Source: a virus (lineage: Duplodnaviria; Caudoviricetes). Taken from it: a stretch of DNA of 53,813 nucleotides. The stretch spans positions 1-53,813 of IMG/VR virus record IMGVR_UViG_3300037478_000427, one strand, 5' to 3'. Made by a program: the position numbers and the translations under genes. Under the pieces are notes generated by a model. That model made no database searches. It was not told the DNA's origin and saw only the letters and a list, made by a program, of their open reading frames with translations. Shown piece after piece: positions 8,824 to 18,283 of this stretch; the first letter of the stretch is position 1; the number at the start of each line of letters is the position of its first letter.

Positions 8824-9755
8824 AGACCATCACGCGGATCAAGGACCGCACCCTGGTCGAGCGCCAGAGCACCGACCTCATCGTGGCGCACACGATGGAG
8901 GCGCCCGAGCGCCCACAGGTCGCGCTCGACGTGGCGAAGTACTTCGACAACGTGCTCGCCGACTCGCAGTGGTGCGTCGACTCCGACACCCGCGTGCAGG
9001 TGATCCCGGACTCGAAGATCTCCTGGACCACGCCGGGCGTCAATCACCGCTCGTACAACATCGAGATGGCCGGGTACGCCCGGCAGAGCGAGCACGAGTG
9101 GGCGGACAAGTACTCCCTCTCCACGCTGGACAACTCGGCGCTGTGCGCGGCTGAGGCGGTGTTCAAGTACAACATCCCGATCCGGAAGCTCACGCAGTTC
9201 GGGCTGCGGGCTGGGCTCAAGGGTTTCATCGGCCACGTGGATGCGACGTACGTCTACCGCAAGTCGACGCACACCGACCCGGGCAAGCACTTCCCCTGGA
9301 AGTACTACCTGTCGCTGGTGCGCAGCCACCACTCCGTGCTCATCGGCGGGACGCCGCGGCCGATCGCGAAGCCGCCGAAGAAGAAGCGCGGCAAGATCGA
9401 TGTGGACGGGCGGTGGGGTCGCGAGACCACCAACCGTCTCCAGCAGGTGCTGCGCACCACTCGCGACGGCGTCGTCTCCAACCAGCAGGCTGTCTGGAAG
9501 AACGGCAACTCCGGTCTCACGGTCGGCTGGGACTGGACGGGCGTCGCCGGTGACGGCGGGTCCGCGGTCATCCTGGCGCACCAGCGCGTCCTCGCGAAGC
9601 GCCGGCGCTACCACGGCAAGCTGGATGGCAAGGTCGGGCCGAAGTACTTCCTCGCGCTCCAGCGCGACCTCGGCACCGTGGCGGACGGAGAGATCTGGAA
9701 TCCGTCGCGTGCCGTGGTGGTGCTTCAGCGACGGCTGAACAAGGGCAAGGTGTGA
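8820..9755 (+). CDS. Endolysin: N-acetylmuramoyl-L-alanine amidase (Amidase_2) plus C-terminal peptidoglycan-binding repeats
   Basis: Zn-amidase motifs IVAHTME, NIEMAG, GHVD, HTDPG.FPW; C-terminal VDGRWG/LDGKVG...LQR.L repeats. Start GTG 8817 or 8820 after AAGGAG. Confidence 0.88.
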   Translation: MKTITRIKDRTLVERQSTDLIVAHTMEAPERPQVALDVAKYFDNVLADSQWCVDSDTRVQVIPDSKISWTTPGVNHRSYNIEMAGYARQSEHEWADKYSLSTLDNSALCAAEAVFKYNIPIRKLTQFGLRAGLKGFIGHVDATYVYRKSTHTDPGKHFPWKYYLSLVRSHHSVLIGGTPRPIAKPPKKKRGKIDVDGRWGRETTNRLQQVLRTTRDGVVSNQQAVWKNGNSGLTVGWDWTGVAGDGGSAVILAHQRVLAKRRRYHGKLDGKVGPKYFLALQRDLGTVADGEIWNPSRAVVVLQRRLNKGKV

Positions 9756-9758
9756 TCG

Positions 9759-10826
9759 ATGGCAGGCTTCTGGGACAACCTGGTCAATGCGGCACGTGAC
9801 CTCACGGACGGCGGCTCCTTCAACTGGGGCCGCGGGGCCGGGGCGTCCCGGGAGCCTGCCCAATCGTCACGCCCCGGCTTCTCGGCGCCACAGTCCAGCC
9901 GCCCTGGCTTCCAGGACGCTGCACCGGCTCAGCGGCAGTGGACCCCGCCTCCGGTGCCCTCGGCCCGTCAGCAGCCGTCAGCGCCCCGGCCAGACCCCGC
10001 CATGCTGCTCCGGCGCCCCAGCCCGTTCGAGCCGCCGGAGCTGGTCGAGCGGACCATCACGCCGCTGTCCGAGCAGGCGCCGGAACTCATGGAGGGGCGG
10101 CAGCGTGCGCGTACCGCCGAGGCCGATGAGGCGCGCGCGCGGCGCTCCGAGTACTTCGACCGCATCGTCGGCTCCGGACGCACCGAGCGTGCCAGTGAGC
10201 TCACGACGGAGCAGTACTCGGCGCTGACTCCGATGCAGCGTGCGGCGGTGGATTTCAACACCGAGCTCCTGGCGACACGAGACGCGCCGTCGGGCGAGCG
10301 CCGCGGCCTGGACGACCGGCGAGACCGGGTCACCGAGCTGCTGCGCACCCGCGACATGAACACCGACCAGCTCGACGAGTACCTCCAGCTCGACCGTGCG
10401 ATCGGGCAGGCACTCCTCGACAAGATGTCCAGCACAGCGCTGACGAGCACGGCGACCGACGCACGCGGCAGCACCTTCGGTGAAGCCGTGGCGGATGCTC
10501 GAACCCAGGCGACCCAGACGGTCAACCAGGCGTCGATGGCTCAGGCGGCTGGCGGTGCTGAGCAGCAGGTGCTCGGTGCCGTGTTCGACGAGATGGTGTC
10601 GGCGGGCAACCGCTACACCACTCAGGACGTCGTGCAGGGCCTGGCTCAGCTCAATCAGGCCAGCGGCACGGGCGTCACACCTGCGCAGGTGTGGGAGTTC
10701 GCGGGTCAGCGCCTGCGTGCTGCCGACCAGGCGCAGGTGGCCGAAGTAGACTTCGACCTACCGGCGGCAACCGCTGGTATGGAGACGCTCGACGTGGCCG
10801 AGATCCGCAAGCGCTACGGCCTGTAA
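9759..10826 (+). CDS. Hypothetical virion protein (possible internal/ejection protein)
   Basis: 355 aa, Pro/Gln/Ala-rich disordered N-terminus then helical; structural module context. Confidence 0.6.
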   Translation: MAGFWDNLVNAARDLTDGGSFNWGRGAGASREPAQSSRPGFSAPQSSRPGFQDAAPAQRQWTPPPVPSARQQPSAPRPDPAMLLRRPSPFEPPELVERTITPLSEQAPELMEGRQRARTAEADEARARRSEYFDRIVGSGRTERASELTTEQYSALTPMQRAAVDFNTELLATRDAPSGERRGLDDRRDRVTELLRTRDMNTDQLDEYLQLDRAIGQALLDKMSSTALTSTATDARGSTFGEAVADARTQATQTVNQASMAQAAGGAEQQVLGAVFDEMVSAGNRYTTQDVVQGLAQLNQASGTGVTPAQVWEFAGQRLRAADQAQVAEVDFDLPAATAGMETLDVAEIRKRYGL

Positions 10827-10839
10827 GGAGGAGGCACCC

Positions 10840-12036
10840 ATGGCTGAGATCGTTGATGACGCAGGCACCATCGTCTACATCCCGCAGACGCGGACGGTGG
10901 TGGACAAGAAGTCCGGACAGACACGGAAGATCCCGAAGTCCGCATCGGTCCCCACATACACCCCGCCGGCGCCGCCGTCCGGTACCGGCGGTGGCGGTGG
11001 CTCCACGCCGTCCGGTCCGTCACCGGCCGAGCGGGCTGCGGCGGCCGCACGTTCGGCTGCGGCTGCGGCTGCGAACAAGGCTCGGCAGCAGGCGAACAAG
11101 GCGGCCACGAACACCTCGCGTCGTGACATCCGCCAGTTCTCCTCGCAGCTCGACGACACGCAGCGGCAGATCAACGTCAACCGTCGCCAGATGCGGGCGC
11201 TCAAGGGTCTGGTGCAGGGTGATCTGAAGGGTGCACGGGACACGCTGTTGCAGGGTGTCTCACGAAGCCTCCAGACCAAGATGGGGCAGATCAAGCAGAC
11301 GTACAAGTCGTCGCTGGGAGACTTCCAGGAGGCGCTCTCAAGCAACGACGCCTCTGAGTCGGACTCGTCGTTCTCCAACCTGATCAACATGACGCGAGAG
11401 CGCGGGGACGCGGTGGCGCAGGCGCTGAGCCAGGGCGCCGGCGAGAGCGACGTGCTCCGCTCCCAGCTCGGTGCGCTGCGGAACTTCTCGGCCAACCAGT
11501 CGGAGATCAACCGGTCCTACTACGACACCCGCTCCTCCGTCGAGTCCGGGCTCACCGACCTCGCGAACGCGACCCGGACCTCCCGGATCAACGAGGAGCT
11601 CCAGGCGAATGCCGACCGTGGTGCGATCTTCGACGACTACTACGGCTCGATGGCGGACACGTTCTCCCAGCTCGCGAACATCGACTCGCAGCAGTACCTG
11701 CTCCGAGGAGAGCGCGGGACGCTCCAGTCGCGCATCGGTGCCGAGAGGAGCCTGATCGACTGGGTCGCAGGCGGACGGGACGCCGCGGACTTCGTGTCGC
11801 CGGACATCGAGCGCCAGCGGACCAAGGAGTACACCTCGGACTACGCACGCCGGGCCGCGGACTTCACCGGCCGTGTCTGGGACGACCCGGGTGTCTCTCA
11901 GGGCACCCGTGACTGGAAGGGCTGGGAGGCGCAGGCCACCAGCCTCGGGTCGTCACGCAGGCCGGAGAATCAGGGTGTGGCTGCCGCACCCAGCATTCGG
12001 AAGCGCCCCGAGGGCGCGACCCTTCGGACGTGGTGA
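10840..12036 (+). CDS. Hypothetical virion protein (Ala/Gln/Ser-rich coiled coil, possible ejection protein)
   Basis: 398 aa, strong RBS AAGGAGGAGG, long predicted helices. Confidence 0.6.
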   Translation: MAEIVDDAGTIVYIPQTRTVVDKKSGQTRKIPKSASVPTYTPPAPPSGTGGGGGSTPSGPSPAERAAAAARSAAAAAANKARQQANKAATNTSRRDIRQFSSQLDDTQRQINVNRRQMRALKGLVQGDLKGARDTLLQGVSRSLQTKMGQIKQTYKSSLGDFQEALSSNDASESDSSFSNLINMTRERGDAVAQALSQGAGESDVLRSQLGALRNFSANQSEINRSYYDTRSSVESGLTDLANATRTSRINEELQANADRGAIFDDYYGSMADTFSQLANIDSQQYLLRGERGTLQSRIGAERSLIDWVAGGRDAADFVSPDIERQRTKEYTSDYARRAADFTGRVWDDPGVSQGTRDWKGWEAQATSLGSSRRPENQGVAAAPSIRKRPEGATLRTW

Positions 12037-12038
12037 TC

Positions 12039-12827
12039 ATGCCCAACTACAACGTCGCGATGACCCTGGACCAGTGCGTCCGGGAGGTCATGAACATGCT
12101 GCACGGCCTGGACCTCCAGTACCAGCCGGAGCTCGACCGGTATCGCAGCGTCACCATGTTCATCAACCGAGCGCTGCGTGCGAACGCCCTGGAGCGGGAG
12201 TGGTCGTACTACTCGTCCACCCAGGAGTTCGGGCAGGCGACCGAGGGGATGCAGAGCTTCGACATCCCCGGGTCGCTGCGACCGCGGATCATCGGTGGCG
12301 ATGCCGTGCGCCTGCGTGACGAGAATGACGTCACCCGGACCTGGGCGTACTTCCTGCCTCGTGACGAGCTGGAGAAGTACCCCGGCCGCTCCGGACTGTG
12401 GGCGGCGATCACCCGGCAGACGATCAAGTTCTCCCGGCCGATCAGCTCCCACGAGGCGGGCTGGACTATCGTGGTCCCGATGATGCGGGAGCCGATCATG
12501 TTCGAGCTCCCCGAGGATCCGACGGACGACGAGGGCGATCTGGTCACCGTCCCGGACGCCGTGCGTCAGCAGCTCATCGACTTCGACTACCCGGACGTCG
12601 TGCTGCTGCGTGCGGCATTCCTGTTCTGCATGACGGACCCGGTGATGCAGCCGCGAGCGCAGACTCTCGAAGGCATGTGGAAGGACCTGTACTACCAGCT
12701 CAACGAGCGTGACGATCGCAACACCGACCACCCGTACATGAACGAGTGGACCGTGCCGATCCAGTCGGACATCTTCGGCGTCAGCAACTGGGATCAGCTT
12801 CACCCGCACGCCGACGAGCGGAGGTAG
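12039..12827 (+). CDS. Head-tail adaptor/gatekeeper-like protein
   Basis: About 262 aa, helical N-terminus (FINRALR...EREW) typical of podovirus adaptors; precedes the nozzle-sized gene. Alternative GTG starts at 12030/12033. Confidence 0.55.
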   Translation: MPNYNVAMTLDQCVREVMNMLHGLDLQYQPELDRYRSVTMFINRALRANALEREWSYYSSTQEFGQATEGMQSFDIPGSLRPRIIGGDAVRLRDENDVTRTWAYFLPRDELEKYPGRSGLWAAITRQTIKFSRPISSHEAGWTIVVPMMREPIMFELPEDPTDDEGDLVTVPDAVRQQLIDFDYPDVVLLRAAFLFCMTDPVMQPRAQTLEGMWKDLYYQLNERDDRNTDHPYMNEWTVPIQSDIFGVSNWDQLHPHADERR

Positions 12828-12830
12828 CAC

Positions 12831-15269
12831 GTGCCTCCGAAGCCGAAGACTCCGCCGCCGATCGACCGGCCGCTGTCTCGTGCGTACCTGCGCGAGTTCA
12901 CCGGCTGGTCGACGGCGTACTCTCCCGGACTGGCAGACCCGACCAGCCTGCGCATCATGGAGAACTGCTGGCTGACGCGCGAGGGTGCACTGGCCGTGCG
13001 TCCTGCGCTCCGGTCGGTGTTCCCCGAGGGTGACTGGCTGACCACGAACTTCAACACGAAGGGCCTCATCGGCTCGGTCGAGACGTTCTTCCTGGACGAC
13101 GGCACCAAGGCGTTGCTCTTCGCCGTGCGGGAGCAGTCGAACGAGATCACGTTCAAGGTGGCGAGGTACAACTCCGGCACCAACCTCTACGACGTGATCG
13201 AGCTCGACGAGGCAGGGTTCTCCGGCAGCGCCTCGGAGATGACGTTCACCGAGGACACGCGCTACGTGCGCTACCTCCAGATCGACAACAAGATCCTCGC
13301 GCTGCCGGACAGCCCGAACGCGCTGGACACCGTGCGGATCTTCTTCGTCGGCGAGGACAAGATGCTGGTCGCCCCGAACGAGATCAGCATCCCCGAGTGG
13401 GGCGTCAGCAACGGGCCGGGAATCCGTCTGCCCGAGGCGGCCTGGATCAACGGAGACCAGTCCCCGCTCCCGTCGGAGGAAACCCCGACAGCGGGCAGTG
13501 CCGGACAGCCCCTCACTGGAACGCTGATCGACTCCGATTCCACGGACAACGTCTACAACTTCGGCTACTTCTACACGTTCTACAACGACCTCGGCGAGAC
13601 CATGGCCTCGCAGATGTCCACGGTCAAGGTGAAGCGTCCGTGGTCCCAGTGGCAATGGGAGACAGCCGATGCCGCCGGTGGACCATCCGGCACCGCGACG
13701 ACGGATCCCGATCGCTGCTGCGATCAGCTCGTGATATTCGTCGCGGACGCCGCCAGGGTGCAGGCGTTCGCCGAGGGCGCCACAGGCATCAACTTCTACA
13801 TGGTCGCCTGGTCGGATCAGGGCGCCGTGCCGACCGACGCGCAGATGATCGGAACGATCGACTGGCGCGAGGTCGACCCGCTCTCGGCTCGCGGCCGGTT
13901 CATCCAGCACACCCCGGTGTCCGAGTTCTCCGACGTGCTCAGGACGCTGCCGGTCGAAGGTGAGACCAACTACACCCGCCCGAGCTCTGCTGCGCAGGGC
14001 GCCGTGGCGGGCGACCGGGTGATCCTGGTGAACGACCGGCAGAACCCGGCGCGGATCATCTGGTCGAGCAATCAGCTCGGGGAGTACACGAACTTCTCGG
14101 CGACGCGCGGCGGCGGCTTCAAGACGCTGACGGCGGGCAACCTGCTCATCCCGGCAGCTGTGAAGCTGTGGCAGAACCCGCAGTCCGTCGACACGCTCGT
14201 GGTGATGTGCATGGGTGTGGACGGCTACTCGACGTCGTACTACATGGCGCCGGCCGAGGTGACCGGACTGGACTCCTCGACGCTCATCATGGGCTTCGAG
14301 GAGACGACGGCGACCCCGGGCACCGTGTCTCCGTGGGGCACCGAGGTGGTGGATCAGGCGCTGTACCACCCGCTCGACGAGCAGCTCATGAAGTCGACCG
14401 CGGCGAACTACCGGATCAGCCACAACACGCAGACCGACCCGATCAGCAACAAATGGCTGGAGCTGATCAACAAGCGCAACATCGTCTCCAGTCACCTCGA
14501 CGGACGGATCTACTACGTCGTGCACAACCCCGACGGCGAAGCGCTGGAGTCGGGGTGCATGGGCAACGAGATCTGGGTGATGGACTCGGAGCTCGAGTCC
14601 TCCTGGTCGCGCTGGCTGGTGCAGGCGAACAGCCTGCACACGCTGGAGATCGGCGGGAAGATCTACATGGCGATCACCCGGCCGGATGCCATCTTCGTCT
14701 TCGACACGCAGGAGACCCTGGACGAGTACTCCGACTCCGGCGAGACCTCATACCGCGCCATCCCGTGGCAGATCGAGACGAACACGCAGGGCGCGAACCG
14801 GGCGCATGATGCCTGGTGTCGCCTCGACCAGGCGAACGTGATGCTCGGCAGCTTCCTCGGCCGGATGCGCTATGGCATCCGAGGCTGGGATCGGCACGGT
14901 CGCCGGGTGGACACGAGCAAGATCGTGAAGTCTCAGATCGCGACGATCGATGACGATCCTGTGAACGGGGTGGACCTGCACGCTCGGCCGCTGCCGTGGG
15001 ATGTCGAGGACTTCCTGAAGGTCGGCCGCGATCTGAAGGAGTGGGTGTTCTACGCCGAGTCGGTTCAGGATGACGTGGGCGACACGCTCATGTCGTACGG
15101 GCACATCAGCCTGGTGCAGTACCGGTACGCTCCGATCTCGGTCAACATCGGGTACGGCTTCGGGGAGGTCGAGACGTTCCAGTACGGGCGGGCGTCGGCG
15201 CCGTCGGATCCGTCCACGCACTACCCGAATGGCGTGCCGGCGCCCTTCATCGAGCCTGGCGAGGTGTAG
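12831..15269 (+). CDS. Tail nozzle/hub protein (tail tubular protein B-like)
   Basis: 812 aa, beta-rich; begins FTGW...MENCWL...GALAVRP and contains DRVILV and IIWS, as in podovirus nozzle proteins. Confidence 0.65.
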   Translation: MPPKPKTPPPIDRPLSRAYLREFTGWSTAYSPGLADPTSLRIMENCWLTREGALAVRPALRSVFPEGDWLTTNFNTKGLIGSVETFFLDDGTKALLFAVREQSNEITFKVARYNSGTNLYDVIELDEAGFSGSASEMTFTEDTRYVRYLQIDNKILALPDSPNALDTVRIFFVGEDKMLVAPNEISIPEWGVSNGPGIRLPEAAWINGDQSPLPSEETPTAGSAGQPLTGTLIDSDSTDNVYNFGYFYTFYNDLGETMASQMSTVKVKRPWSQWQWETADAAGGPSGTATTDPDRCCDQLVIFVADAARVQAFAEGATGINFYMVAWSDQGAVPTDAQMIGTIDWREVDPLSARGRFIQHTPVSEFSDVLRTLPVEGETNYTRPSSAAQGAVAGDRVILVNDRQNPARIIWSSNQLGEYTNFSATRGGGFKTLTAGNLLIPAAVKLWQNPQSVDTLVVMCMGVDGYSTSYYMAPAEVTGLDSSTLIMGFEETTATPGTVSPWGTEVVDQALYHPLDEQLMKSTAANYRISHNTQTDPISNKWLELINKRNIVSSHLDGRIYYVVHNPDGEALESGCMGNEIWVMDSELESSWSRWLVQANSLHTLEIGGKIYMAITRPDAIFVFDTQETLDEYSDSGETSYRAIPWQIETNTQGANRAHDAWCRLDQANVMLGSFLGRMRYGIRGWDRHGRRVDTSKIVKSQIATIDDDPVNGVDLHARPLPWDVEDFLKVGRDLKEWVFYAESVQDDVGDTLMSYGHISLVQYRYAPISVNIGYGFGEVETFQYGRASAPSDPSTHYPNGVPAPFIEPGEV

Positions 15270-15281
15270 CAGTCGGGGCCG

Positions 15282-15309
15282 TTTGACCGGCCTGTGGGTC
15301 AGGTACACT
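15282..15309 (+). promoter_or_regulatory. Possible rightward promoter
   Basis: TTGACC (15283-15288) and TACACT (15304-15309) in an intergenic gap; the 15-16 bp spacing is short. Confidence 0.35.
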
Positions 15310-15345
15310 CTCGGATATGAGAGCTAACCCACCCAGGAGTACCTG

Positions 15346-16206
15346 ATGGCACAGCAGGACAAGGCCGCGTACTGGCGTGCACTCAAGGAGCAGGACGCGC
15401 TGCCCGAAGGCCACTTTCGCAACTTCACCACGCAGCGGCTCCGGGACATCTACCAGCAGCTCGCCGAGGACCGGGGGCTGCCCTCGATCGAGGAGCCGTC
15501 CGCCGTCGCCGCTCGGGAGGAGTTCCCGCCCAAGCCGGACGAGCTCGCCGCGATGCGGGCCGCCATCGGCGATCTGACCAAGACGGTCGCGCAGCTCGCA
15601 CAGCTCCAGGTGCGGCAAGTCACCGAGCCGGCGCCGATGCCCGTCGAGCCTGCTCCGGAGCCGCGACAGCCGGTGGCGCAGGACCACGCCACGCCCGCGC
15701 TCAACATGGACGAGCACGCCGGTGTCACCCAGAACACGCACGGTCCCAACGATCCGGTGCGTACGGACGAGCACGGCAACGTCTGGTTCCGCACCGAGGT
15801 GCGCAAGCCCGCCCACACCAAGGCGCGCGGTCGTCGCGTGCAGCGCTACATCAGCGCCGCGGTGAAGCAGCAGACGATCAAGGGATCCGACGGCTACACC
15901 GAGACCTTCGAGGTCGAGGGCGACCGCAGCGGGGCGCCGGTCACCACCGAGGTGAAGGTCACTCTGCCGTCGTTCCAGACCGGCATCTACAAGGCGCCGC
16001 ACCTCCCGTTCAAGATCCACACCTACGGTGGTGTGACCGGGTTCGACCTGGCGGACGTGCAGCGCTACTACGGCAGCCGGGAACTGGTGCCGAAGGAGAT
16101 CAAGAAGACGTACGTGGCGAACGACCTGTGCTACGACATCCAGACCGTCATCGAAGCCGTCAAGCAGGAGTACCGCGAGCGCGTGCTCAGGAAGGACCGA
16201 CTGTGA
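15346..16206 (+). CDS. Hypothetical protein
   Basis: 286 aa, AGGAG RBS, phage-typical codon use. Confidence 0.8.
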   Translation: MAQQDKAAYWRALKEQDALPEGHFRNFTTQRLRDIYQQLAEDRGLPSIEEPSAVAAREEFPPKPDELAAMRAAIGDLTKTVAQLAQLQVRQVTEPAPMPVEPAPEPRQPVAQDHATPALNMDEHAGVTQNTHGPNDPVRTDEHGNVWFRTEVRKPAHTKARGRRVQRYISAAVKQQTIKGSDGYTETFEVEGDRSGAPVTTEVKVTLPSFQTGIYKAPHLPFKIHTYGGVTGFDLADVQRYYGSRELVPKEIKKTYVANDLCYDIQTVIEAVKQEYRERVLRKDRL

Positions 16207-16790
16207 ACGAGAACCCCGAGGCCATGCCCGAGGACGCGATCCCCATGACGGCCAAGGACCGGGAGGATCTGGCGTCCATCGGCGTCGCGGCGGAAGAGCC
16301 GACGCACTCCGTGCTCAAGAGCTGGGTCGAGGTGCTGTCCAACGCCGAGAAGTTCCTCGGCAAGCCGGTCTCCCTGGAGGACTGCATCAAGGTCGTCCGC
16401 AACTGGACGAACATCCGGATGCAAGAGGTGCAGGAATACTCCGACCAGTACCACCGTGTCCTCATGGACGCGCACAAGCTCGTCGTCGAGATCGTCAGGG
16501 AGAACCCCGAGGCGCTCGCGTTCGTCGGCGAGGAGGACATGCGGGAGAACTTCCCGCTCTACAAGGCGCTCATCGTCGGGTGGAACCTCCAGCTCAACAA
16601 GCGCAACTCCGAGTGGGTCTCGACGGCGAAGAACTCGCACGTGCAGGCGGCGGCGCTGATCGACGCTCGCGGCTACCTCTTCGCCAACGGCATGGGCCTG
16701 ACCGCCCACCTGGACGCGCTCGGCTTCGAGTTCTCCCCCGAGGAGTTCTCGAAGGCGTACGCCGAGGCGAAGGAGGAGGCCGGTGTCTGA
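16203..16790 (+). CDS. Hypothetical protein (195 aa)
   Basis: GTG start overlapping the upstream TGA, GGAAGGA RBS; 3' part of track ORF 16128..16790. Confidence 0.8.
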   Translation: MNENPEAMPEDAIPMTAKDREDLASIGVAAEEPTHSVLKSWVEVLSNAEKFLGKPVSLEDCIKVVRNWTNIRMQEVQEYSDQYHRVLMDAHKLVVEIVRENPEALAFVGEEDMRENFPLYKALIVGWNLQLNKRNSEWVSTAKNSHVQAAALIDARGYLFANGMGLTAHLDALGFEFSPEEFSKAYAEAKEEAGV

Positions 16791-17901
16791 TGCCACGACG
16801 GATCCAGCACAGGAGGAAGCCCTCGATATCGGGCCTGGCGCTGCGTCTTCGATGGCAGCGATCCTGGGCTTCCTGGCGCCTGAAGCGGACACGGCGACGG
16901 CGGGTGACGGAAGCCCGGCGGACGGTGCTCCTGCTGGAGACAGTGGATCGGCAGCACCTGCTGGAGAAGGAGCTGGGGCAGCGCGAGGCGATGCTGGCGC
17001 ACCGGCTGGCGGAGCTGGAGGAGAGCAGGGAGTTCCGCCGAACGCCGTCGGTGGTGGAGGCGGCGACGCCGCTGCTGCCTCCAGCGCGGGAGAAGCTGGA
17101 TCAGCTCCTGCGAACGCAGCGGGCGCAGCATCTGGCGAACCCGACGGCGGAGATCACGGTGACGCAGCCGCCACAGGGCCCGATGCCACTTCCCTGACGG
17201 ACGACTGGGCGAAGGTCTCCACCGGGTTCGAGGAGGCGCAGACCACCTACCTCAAGGAGGCTGCTCTCACCGAGGCGCGCACGCAGCACGCCAAGTACTA
17301 CGAGGCGATCGACAAGCACCCGCGGCTGCTGGTCGGGCAGAAGGTCCCGCGTGCCGACGGTCAGGAAGGCGAGGAGGTGCTGCGGGACTCCACCGACGCC
17401 AAGGAGTGGCAGGAGGTGGTGAAGCAGCAGCTCGCCGCTGAGGTCGAGGCTCGTGTCGACGCCGGGAAGCAGGAGCTCTCGGGCGTCTTCGACACGGTGC
17501 ACGCCTCGATCGACCTGTTCCGGAACAACGTCGACCTGGTGCCCGGCACCCGGCAGTTCGATCGGGAGCTGGCCGACGAGTTCGCCACCTTCGCCAAGCC
17601 GTACGAGCTGCGATCGGACGGGAAGCTCATGGGCTACTCGGTGCCGGTGCAGCCGATGATCAACCAGATCCGAACGCAGGTCGCTGCACGCCGGGCGAAG
17701 GCCGCACCAGCCACCACTCCTCCGGCCGCTGCTCCCGCACAGGCGCACCACTCCGCCGGGCAGGCGCGCACGCCGGCGGGTCAGTTCGACGGGCCGCAGG
17801 CTGGGCTCCAGTCGAAGGCCGGGTCCGGTGGCGACGGCTCGGACAACGTCGGCGGCCAGGTGCTGGACGCCTTCCTGCGACAGAACGGGGTGTCGATCTG
17901 A
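16783..17901 (+). CDS. Scaffolding-like protein (putative)
   Basis: 372 aa; acidic Gly/Ala-rich disordered N-terminus, helical core, short C-terminal helix; RBS AGGAGGAGG. Confidence 0.55.
   Translation: MSDATTDPAQEEALDIGPGAASSMAAILGFLAPEADTATAGDGSPADGAPAGDSGSAAPAGEGAGAARGDAGAPAGGAGGEQGVPPNAVGGGGGDAAAASSAGEAGSAPANAAGAASGEPDGGDHGDAAATGPDATSLTDDWAKVSTGFEEAQTTYLKEAALTEARTQHAKYYEAIDKHPRLLVGQKVPRADGQEGEEVLRDSTDAKEWQEVVKQQLAAEVEARVDAGKQELSGVFDTVHASIDLFRNNVDLVPGTRQFDRELADEFATFAKPYELRSDGKLMGYSVPVQPMINQIRTQVAARRAKAAPATTPPAAAPAQAHHSAGQARTPAGQFDGPQAGLQSKAGSGGDGSDNVGGQVLDAFLRQNGVSI
16790..17197 (+). CDS. Candidate overprinted protein (135 aa, +1 frame inside the scaffold-like gene)
   Basis: ATG overlaps the upstream TGA (TGATG) and shares the RBS; Leu/Glu-rich helix; the host frame has atypical A/T third positions here. 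Confidence 0.4.
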   Translation: MPRRIQHRRKPSISGLALRLRWQRSWASWRLKRTRRRRVTEARRTVLLLETVDRQHLLEKELGQREAMLAHRLAELEESREFRRTPSVVEAATPLLPPAREKLDQLLRTQRAQHLANPTAEITVTQPPQGPMPLP

Positions 17902-18176
17902 TGACCGACGTCGACTACATGCTCAAGATCGCCAAGATTCTGGCGGCTGACGACGAGACGCAGCGCCAGCGGAAGGCCGATCCCACGGACTGGCGAACGC
18001 AGACCGGCGACGACTTCTACGTGGTCTGGTTCGCCAAGGTGCTCGGCAACTGGAAGGCGCTGGTCTCGACCGATGTCGTCGACAACTACTACTGGGAGGT
18101 CACCTTCAACGGCGCGACCGGCGAGCACTATGTCGACCGGTACGTGAAGGAGTCCAATCGCGCGGTGAAGCTGTGA
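17901..18176 (+). CDS. DUF6275-like protein
   Basis: YVVWFAKVLGNWKALVST...YWEVTFNG...YVDRY matches this small phage family as I recall it. Confidence 0.7.
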   Translation: MTDVDYMLKIAKILAADDETQRQRKADPTDWRTQTGDDFYVVWFAKVLGNWKALVSTDVVDNYYWEVTFNGATGEHYVDRYVKESNRAVKL

Positions 18177-18283
18177 GGCGCGCCCTCAACGTCACCGCCG
18201 TCGGCATCGTGGCACTCCTGGTGCTGGCCGCGGCGTTGGCGTTCGCGGACTGGGTGCTGTTCGGGCAGGTGCGTCCGTTCTGA
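18173..18283 (+). CDS. Small membrane protein (36 aa)
   Basis: Exactly fills the gap, with GTGA and TGATG overlaps; MRRALNVTAVGIVALLVLAAALAFADWVLFGQVRPF. Confidence 0.7.
   Translation: MRRALNVTAVGIVALLVLAAALAFADWVLFGQVRPF

Noticed and set aside
9861-9911. QSSRPGF peptide duplicated in the 355-aa protein
   Set aside because: A short repeat in a disordered region with no evidence of special function.
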